64,000 nt of DNA from Chloroflexota bacterium. Lineage in GTDB: Bacteria > Chloroflexota > Dehalococcoidia > Lucifugimonadales > UBA3495. Where the stretch lies: NCBI GenBank assembly GCA_009837355.1, contig VXTR01000051.1, positions 13,224 through 77,223 of the forward strand, read 5' to 3'. Positions 53,613 through 64,000 of the stretch are shown here, piece by piece (within the stretch, counting starts at the first letter, position 1; each line of letters begins with the position of its first letter). The notes below the pieces were generated by a model that saw only the letters and a program-made list of their open reading frames with translations, did not search any database and was not told the origin of the DNA. The position numbers and the translations under genes were made by a program.

Positions 53613-53999
53613 TTACAGTTCGCAACAGTCCAGAAGGCAGTTGAAAAAGTCCATGTCGTCAATGCCGGCCAGGGGTTCGTCGTGGACGTCGGCCAGGTGC
53701 TTCATAATACGAGGGACATTCATGGGCACCAACAGAGCGGTGGCGTTGACACTGACGATGCCAATCATTCGGTAGTCCTGGTAGCGTCCGCCGGCCTGCT
53801 CCTGCTGATCGCAGAGCAGGCAGCGGACGGTAATCTCGTCGTCGCGGGCATCATAGATAAGGCGCATCAGCGGCAAGCCATGAAGGCTGACGTTGTACAT
53901 CTGGCCGTTGCCGAACCGGTCCGGGCCGACGTATTCGGATTCAAAAGAGTTTCGCCAACCCACCGGCGGAAAAACCGCGCGGTTGCTGTCTTTGGGCAT
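53613..53999 (-). CDS. Hypothetical protein with CxxC...HxxxxH
   Basis: Co-oriented ORF with GC3 bias; GAGG upstream of ATG 53999. Confidence 0.55.
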   Translation of the reverse strand: MPKDSNRAVFPPVGWRNSFESEYVGPDRFGNGQMYNVSLHGLPLMRLIYDARDDEITVRCLLCDQQEQAGGRYQDYRMIGIVSVNATALLVPMNVPRIMKHLADVHDEPLAGIDDMDFFNCLLDCCEL

Positions 54000-54089
54000 A
54001 ATAGCAAACCTCGCCCACGCTGCGTTGCAGCAAGGCAACGATTGATTTTAGCGCATTGGCGCTGGAGCGTCATTACTGCATGAGCAAAA

Positions 54090-54116
54090 GTAAAGGCGGG
54101 AATAAACCCGCCCCTT
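54090..54116. repeat. REP-like hairpin downstream of gltD
   Basis: GGCGGG-aataaa-CCCGCC; resembles the 13046-13074 element. Confidence 0.5.
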
Positions 54117-54146
54117 CGCGTAGGCCGTTGTTGTACTGCCCAGCGT

Positions 54147-55592
54147 CTAGCTGGCGGTGGAGCGGGGCAGGTACGTTGCGCCGGAAAGGTAGCGGTCAAC
54201 GCCCTGGGCTACGTCGCGGCCCTCGGCGATGGCCCACACGACCAGTGACTGGCCGCGCACCATGTCGCCGCCGGCGAATATGCCGGGCACTGAGGTCATC
54301 TTGTTCTCATCCACCTTGACGTTGCCCCGGCCGTCCAGTTCCACGTCCAGTTGCGCCAGCATGCCGTCGTGTTCGGGATGCACGAAGCCCATGGCCAGTA
54401 ACACCAGGTCGGCGTCAACGGTGAACTCGCTGCCGGACACTTCGGACATCTGGAAGCGACCATTTTCGCCCCTGGCCCAGTCCACACGGACGGCGTGCAG
54501 CTTGTTGACCTGTCCGTTCTCGCCGGACAGGGACTTGGTGAGGATGTTGTAATCGCGGACGCCGCCCTCTTCGTGAGCGCCGGAAGTGCGCAGTATCATG
54601 GGCCAGCGAGGCCAAGGATTGTCGTCAGGCCGGGTTTCCGGGGGTTCGGGCAGGAGCTCGAATTGGTGGACAATCTCTGCGCCCTGGCGGTGGGCGGTGC
54701 CGAGGCAGTCGGCGCCGGTGTCGCCGCCGCCGAGGATGATGACGCGCTTGCCCTCGGCGGTGATCTGACCGTCAACTGTTTCGCCGGCCAGCGTGCGGTT
54801 CTGCTGGGGCAGGTAATCCATGGCGAAATGCACGCCGTCCAGCTCCCGGCCGGGCACGTCAAGGTCGCGGGCCTGGGTGGAGCCGCCAGTGAGACATACG
54901 GCGTCGTACTCTTCCAGCAGCTTCTCGGCAGGATAGTTGACGCCGACGTTAACGCCGGTGCGAAACTCGATTCCTTCGGCTTCCATAATGGCGACGCGGC
55001 GGCGGACAACGGACTTCTCCAGCTTGAAGTCGGGGATGCCCAGCATCAGCAGACCGCCGATGTAGTCGGCGCGTTCCAGCACGGTAACGGTATGTCCGGC
55101 GCGGTTGAGCTGCTGGGCGGCAGCCAGACCCGAAGGGCCGCTGCCCACCACAGCGACGGTTTTGCCGGTGCGGGTTTGCGGTGGCGCAGGCTTGATCCAG
55201 CCTTGCTCATAGCCCCGGTCGCTGATTTCCTTCTCAATGTACTCGATGGTAACCGGATCGGCGTTGATGCTGAGCACGCAGGACGCTTCGCAAGGAGCCG
55301 GGCAGATGCGCCCGGTGAACTCCGGGAAGTTGTTGGTGCTGAGCAGGATTTCCAGAGCCTGCTGCCAATTGCCCAGGTACACCTGGTGGTTGAATTCGGG
55401 GATGACGTTGCCCAGCGGACATCCCATATGGCAGAAGGGAACGGCGCAGTCCATGCAACGCCCGCCCTGCTCTGTCGCCTGCTGGTCAGACCAGCGGTGA
55501 TAATACTCCTGGTAGTCGCCAACGCGTTCCGACGGGGGGCGGCGTTCGGGCGAGTTGCGCCCAAACTCAATGAATCCGGTTACTTTGCCCAT
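54147..55592 (-). CDS. gltD: Glutamate synthase small subunit
   Basis: MGKVTGF, RCMDCAVPFC, GRICPAPCE, GSGPSG, GGGDTGADC, RGQSLVVWAI. Confidence 0.95.
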   Translation of the reverse strand: MGKVTGFIEFGRNSPERRPPSERVGDYQEYYHRWSDQQATEQGGRCMDCAVPFCHMGCPLGNVIPEFNHQVYLGNWQQALEILLSTNNFPEFTGRICPAPCEASCVLSINADPVTIEYIEKEISDRGYEQGWIKPAPPQTRTGKTVAVVGSGPSGLAAAQQLNRAGHTVTVLERADYIGGLLMLGIPDFKLEKSVVRRRVAIMEAEGIEFRTGVNVGVNYPAEKLLEEYDAVCLTGGSTQARDLDVPGRELDGVHFAMDYLPQQNRTLAGETVDGQITAEGKRVIILGGGDTGADCLGTAHRQGAEIVHQFELLPEPPETRPDDNPWPRWPMILRTSGAHEEGGVRDYNILTKSLSGENGQVNKLHAVRVDWARGENGRFQMSEVSGSEFTVDADLVLLAMGFVHPEHDGMLAQLDVELDGRGNVKVDENKMTSVPGIFAGGDMVRGQSLVVWAIAEGRDVAQGVDRYLSGATYLPRSTAS

Positions 55593-55594
55593 GG

Positions 55595-60136
<4,542 letters not shown>

Positions 60137-60336
60137 AGCAGTACTCTGCATTGCATTAAAAAATAAAGGGAAGACCGCCCGCAACCAGTCAGGGAGCATC
60201 CCAACGCTGCCGGGGCAACACGGCGTAGCGGCGCCGCCGGAAAACAGACTTGTGTAATATATCACAAACGACGGGGATTGCAAGGCGGCCCGCTGCCGGC
60301 CTATACTTCCCGCATGGCCTGGTGAACCGCACCGAC

Positions 60337-60699
60337 ATGACTATTGCCAACACACTTAATCCCACCGAGGTAGCCCGGCTGGCCGTTGACGTAGCCGCCG
60401 AAAAGCTGGCTACCGACATCGTTATGCTGGACCTGCGCGAGCTGGCATCCTTCGCCGACTACTTCGTAGTAATGACCGCCGATTCAGTACGTCAGATCGA
60501 AGCTCTGGAAGAGGACCTGGCCAACGCCATGAAGGCAGCCGGGATCGTGCGGCACCACCGCGAAGGGACGCCGGCCTCCGGCTGGGTGCTGCTGGACTTT
60601 GCCGACGTGCTGATCCACATTTTCGGGCCGGACGAGCGGGATTTCTTCGGCCTGGAACGGCTCTGGAGCCGTGCCCCGCAGGTGGTCAGGATTCTGTAA
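60337..60699 (+). CDS. rsfS: Ribosome silencing factor
   Basis: [34 protein letters not shown]. Confidence 0.92.
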   Translation: MTIANTLNPTEVARLAVDVAAEKLATDIVMLDLRELASFADYFVVMTADSVRQIEALEEDLANAMKAAGIVRHHREGTPASGWVLLDFADVLIHIFGPDERDFFGLERLWSRAPQVVRIL

Positions 60700-61138
60700 T
60701 CCAGGGGTCGTTGCTGCGGGTGTACTCCAGCGCGTCCCCGTCGCCGAAGAACAGCCCGATTTCCCGCTCCGCAGACTCCGGGCTGTCTGAGCCGTGCACG
60801 ATGTTGCGCCCGATGTCGATGCCCAGGTCCCCCCGGATTGTTCCCGGCGACGCTTCTCCCGGATTAGTGGCCCCCATGGTCTGACGGGCAAGTGCCACGG
60901 CGTTGTCGGCTTCCCAAATCATCGCAACGATGGGCCCAGATGTGATGAACGAAACCAGCGACGGGAAGAAGGGCCGGTTGACGTGCTCCGCGTAATGCCG
61001 GCCAGCCAGTTCTTCATCCACCTGCATCAGGTGAATGGCCACCAACTTGAGGCCCCGGCGTTCCAACCGGGATATGACCTCTCCGATGACGCCGCGCTGC
61101 ACGCCGTCGGGTTTGATTGCGACGAAGGTTCGTTCCAT
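60686..61138 (-). CDS. ndk: Nucleoside-diphosphate kinase
   Basis: [30 protein letters not shown]. Confidence 0.97.
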   Translation of the reverse strand: MERTFVAIKPDGVQRGVIGEVISRLERRGLKLVAIHLMQVDEELAGRHYAEHVNRPFFPSLVSFITSGPIVAMIWEADNAVALARQTMGATNPGEASPGTIRGDLGIDIGRNIVHGSDSPESAEREIGLFFGDGDALEYTRSNDPWITES

Positions 61139-61156
61139 TGGTCTGAAAATCTCCTG

Positions 61157-61900
61157 TTAGTTTTGCGTTGAGGCCGCCGCTGAGCGGCCCTGACGCACCG
61201 TATCCCGGCGTTTGGGCGCGCCGATGGTGGGCATCCTCAGGTAGTAGGGTTGCAGCGTCGCCAGGTCGTCGGCATCGCCGTCCCGGAGACGTTCGGCGGC
61301 CAGTTCCGCCAGTGCCCATAGCCGGCCGGCCGGCGTCCAGGGCGCAACCGCCGCCGGATGTGAAGCCTGGCCGCTCGCTTCGGCATTTTCGATGGCATCC
61401 CGTCGGGAATTAGCCGCCTCGCCGCAGTAAATCAATACGCCGTCGGGCGGAGCCGGCTCGTCATCCAGCAGCGCGTCAGGGGAGCCTATTTCGTCCTCCC
61501 GAACCCGTTCCCCACTTCCCCGGAACCATGCCGCCGCCACCTCGTTTCGCCCGGCATCCAGCCACGCGGAGACAATGCCGTCCGGCGTCAGGTGCGCCCT
61601 GGCCTCCAGCGCCAGTGTATCAATGCCGATTATCGGATACCCAGCTGCCATGGCCAACCCTTTGGCCGCGCTGACTCCCACCCGCAAGGCACTGAACGGT
61701 CCCGGCCCCAAGGCCACGGCCACACCGGACAGTTCGGCAGCCGACAACTTCCGAGACGCCAGCAATTCGGCTACGGACGGCATCAGCTGCGTGGTGTGGT
61801 TCGCCGTGGAATGCCAGAGCCGGGCCTCCACTACCACGCCGTCCGTGTCGGACAGGGCGACGCCGCCATAGCGCGATGATGTGTCGATGCACAGCTGCAT
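61157..61900 (-). CDS. tsaB: tRNA t6A biosynthesis protein TsaB
   Basis: LCIDTS, GPGPFSALRVG, LQPYYLR. Confidence 0.92.
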   Translation of the reverse strand: MQLCIDTSSRYGGVALSDTDGVVVEARLWHSTANHTTQLMPSVAELLASRKLSAAELSGVAVALGPGPFSALRVGVSAAKGLAMAAGYPIIGIDTLALEARAHLTPDGIVSAWLDAGRNEVAAAWFRGSGERVREDEIGSPDALLDDEPAPPDGVLIYCGEAANSRRDAIENAEASGQASHPAAVAPWTPAGRLWALAELAAERLRDGDADDLATLQPYYLRMPTIGAPKRRDTVRQGRSAAASTQN

Positions 61901-62427
61901 CAGCCGGCGACCTCCGTCAGCCGCGCCACCAGGCCGGAAAAGCGTTCCGGGACGTCCTCAATCACGATGCTGTGGCGCGCCGGCACTGAGCCATCGTCGT
62001 CAGGGACGACCTCGCAGGCGGCGGGATTGCCGTCGGAAGCGTAGTCCAGAGCAATCCACAGGGCATCGTCCGGGAATATGTCGGCGGCCCGGTCGGCCCA
62101 TTCCACGATGAGCACGTCCTCGCCGGCCGTGATAACGTCCTCCAATCCGAGGTCCCAGGCGTCGGCCGGATGGTCGATGCGATACAGGTCGGCGTGGTGC
62201 AGGGTAAGACGGCCCCGGTAGCGGGTAACCAACACAAAGGTGGGGCTGCGCGCGTATCCGTCAACATCCAGACCGCGGGCGATGCCCTGGGTGAGGCAGG
62301 TTTTGCCAGCTCCCAGGGGTCCGGTGAGCAGGAATACGTCGCCGGGGCCGGCGGCCCGGCCTATAATCTGGCCGAGGCAGCGGGTCTCGTCGGCGGTGTT
62401 GGTATGAATCGTTACGTTGCTGGGCAT
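61900..62427 (-). CDS. tsaE: tRNA t6A biosynthesis ATPase TsaE
   Basis: GPLGAGKT, SPTF, HADLYR, VEW. Confidence 0.94.
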   Translation of the reverse strand: MPSNVTIHTNTADETRCLGQIIGRAAGPGDVFLLTGPLGAGKTCLTQGIARGLDVDGYARSPTFVLVTRYRGRLTLHHADLYRIDHPADAWDLGLEDVITAGEDVLIVEWADRAADIFPDDALWIALDYASDGNPAACEVVPDDDGSVPARHSIVIEDVPERFSGLVARLTEVAG

Positions 62428-62437
62428 AAATGAATTC

Positions 62438-63445
62438 TCAGGCGGCGAAGTGGTCCCAGCCGGCGCCGGCCCGAAGCCTTGGCGAGCCTTGCCCGTCGAG
62501 CACTAGTACCGAGCCCGGCTCTCCAGCCTTGACCTCACCGATGACGGCTCCGCCGGGAGGCAACCTGGTCATCGCAGCGTCCATTATATCCGCCGGGGCA
62601 GTGAACAGCAGGACGTAATCCTCACCACCGTAGAGGGCCAGGTCGAGCCAGTCGTCGGGAAAGGCGGTTTTGAGGGCTGATAGCGCCGGCACCTTGTTGG
62701 CGTAGATTTCGGCGGACACGCCGCTGGCGGCGCACAGCTTGGCGAGGTCGTCGGCGAGGCCGTCGCTTACGTCCATGGCGGAGCGAACGCCGGCGGCGGC
62801 CAGGGCTTGGCCGGCGGCGACGTGAGGAAGAGGACGTCGGTGCTGTTGGACCAGTTCGGATTCGTCGATACTTTCGCCGGCGCCCGTTTCCAACAGCTGG
62901 CGCAAACCGCCGGCGGAGCTACCCAACGGGCCGGTAACAGCCACCACATGGCCCGGCTGAGCGACGGTGCGCACCATGGGCGAGCCGGAGCAGGCGCCGG
63001 TGAGGGCCACGGTGATGAAGGCAACCGGGGAGCGCACCATATCGCCGCCGATAATCTGGGCGCCGAACTGGCGGCAAATTTCCATCATGCCGGCGTACAA
63101 CTGCTCAACGCCGGCCACCGGGGTGTCGGGCGGCAGGCCCAGGGTAACAAGGGCCGCCTCCGGCTCGCCGCCCATGGCCGCCACATCGCTGATGTTGGAG
63201 GCGATGGCCTTCCAACCCAGATCACGCCAGGGCGTAGTTCCGGCGGTGAAGTGCACGCCGGCCACCATGGTGTCGGTGGTGTAGAGCCGGGTAAGGGGGC
63301 CAGCCGGGAAGGTGAGAGCGGCAGCATCGTCGCCGTTGGCAACGGTGAGTCGGTACGCGGCGGCGTCCGTCGCCGATTGGTCGGGCTGAGTCCACTGCCG
63401 GACCAGGTCAATCAGGCCGAACTCTCCCAGGTCGGAAATCCGCAT
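62438..63445 (-). CDS. thiL: Thiamine-monophosphate kinase
   Basis: GEFGLI, GDDAA, NISDVAAMGG, MDVSDGL, GGEDY. Confidence 0.95.
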   Translation of the reverse strand: MRISDLGEFGLIDLVRQWTQPDQSATDAAAYRLTVANGDDAAALTFPAGPLTRLYTTDTMVAGVHFTAGTTPWRDLGWKAIASNISDVAAMGGEPEAALVTLGLPPDTPVAGVEQLYAGMMEICRQFGAQIIGGDMVRSPVAFITVALTGACSGSPMVRTVAQPGHVVAVTGPLGSSAGGLRQLLETGAGESIDESELVQQHRRPLPHVAAGQALAAAGVRSAMDVSDGLADDLAKLCAASGVSAEIYANKVPALSALKTAFPDDWLDLALYGGEDYVLLFTAPADIMDAAMTRLPPGGAVIGEVKAGEPGSVLVLDGQGSPRLRAGAGWDHFAA

Positions 63446-63457
63446 CGGTAGACCGGT

Positions 63458-64000
63458 CTATCTTGGCAGCAAGAACGGCTCGATGTTGGATTCGGCAATT
63501 CGAGCCAACTCCAGCGCCGATTCGGAAGTGGTCTTGCCGAACACGCCGATGACGACGGTTCGGACCACGGTGCGGCCACTGACGAAGCGAACCTCACGTC
63601 CGTCGAGGATTGCGCTGGAACCTGAAAGGCCATATTCCTTGCCGGCAGCGTACTCGCCCAAATCGCCGCCAGCGGCGTCGTCAAGGGAGATTATATTCAC
63701 TCCGGCCACGGGCAGTTGCAGCTCCGCGATTATCGCGTCCATTTCCTCGTTCAGGGCGCGGCGGTCATAGGCTGTCAGCGCGTCGACCTGGACCCTGGCC
63801 TGTTCCGGAGTGTCGTAAAGGCTCGCCCAGGTCAGGGTGAAATAGGTGCGGGTGCCAGCGACGCTGTACACGTTGAGCAGGCCACCGCCCCAGGTGATAC
63901 GCCGATAGCCGGCAATAAAGCCCTCTTCGTCCGAGGAGATATCGCTTTCTCCCGGCACATCCTTATAGACGCACTCCGAGGCTGGCACTCCTTCGCAGAT
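63458..64000 (-). CDS. Hypothetical protein (start lies at or beyond the window edge)
   Basis: Frame is open to the window edge, co-oriented with thiL, host-like codons. Confidence 0.55.
   Translation of the reverse strand: MCEGVPASECVYKDVPGESDISSDEEGFIAGYRRITWGGGLLNVYSVAGTRTYFTLTWASLYDTPEQARVQVDALTAYDRRALNEEMDAIIAELQLPVAGVNIISLDDAAGGDLGEYAAGKEYGLSGSSAILDGREVRFVSGRTVVRTVVIGVFGKTTSESALELARIAESNIEPFLLPR

Overview
A GC-rich bacterial chromosome segment, most likely Chloroflexota (Dehalococcoidia/SAR202-like). This is inferred from the paralogous luciferase-like monooxygenases, Chloroflexota-type inserts in RpoB/RpoC and a GAAC-N4-GTTC-type SOS box. It is mostly housekeeping and catabolic genes: rnhA, an EF-G paralogue, an acyl-CoA mutase, tyrS, ribF, ispH, gpsA, hemW, lspA, RluA, glnS, gltX, mtaB, pyrD, rpoBC, fumC, gltBD, rsfS, ndk, tsaBE and thiL. 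Two more AT-rich singleton genes (a PD-(D/E)XK nuclease and a pentapeptide-FRG protein) look acquired. The standout is an unusual RNA polymerase. RpoB carries an in-frame insert of about 215 aa that reads as a whole degenerate LexA: a clear winged-HTH followed by a weaker, apparently inactive S24-like region. RpoC carries a helical insert of about 390 aa. Both subunits have substitutions in normally near-invariant motifs (rifamycin pocket, clamp helices). Also notable: a promoter with an embedded SOS box pointing into three ~64-bp hairpin repeats, an aldo/keto reductase split by an in-frame TAG, and a REP-like palindrome that has become translated inside hemW, lspA and mtaB. All family calls come from motif recognition by eye; no searches were run.
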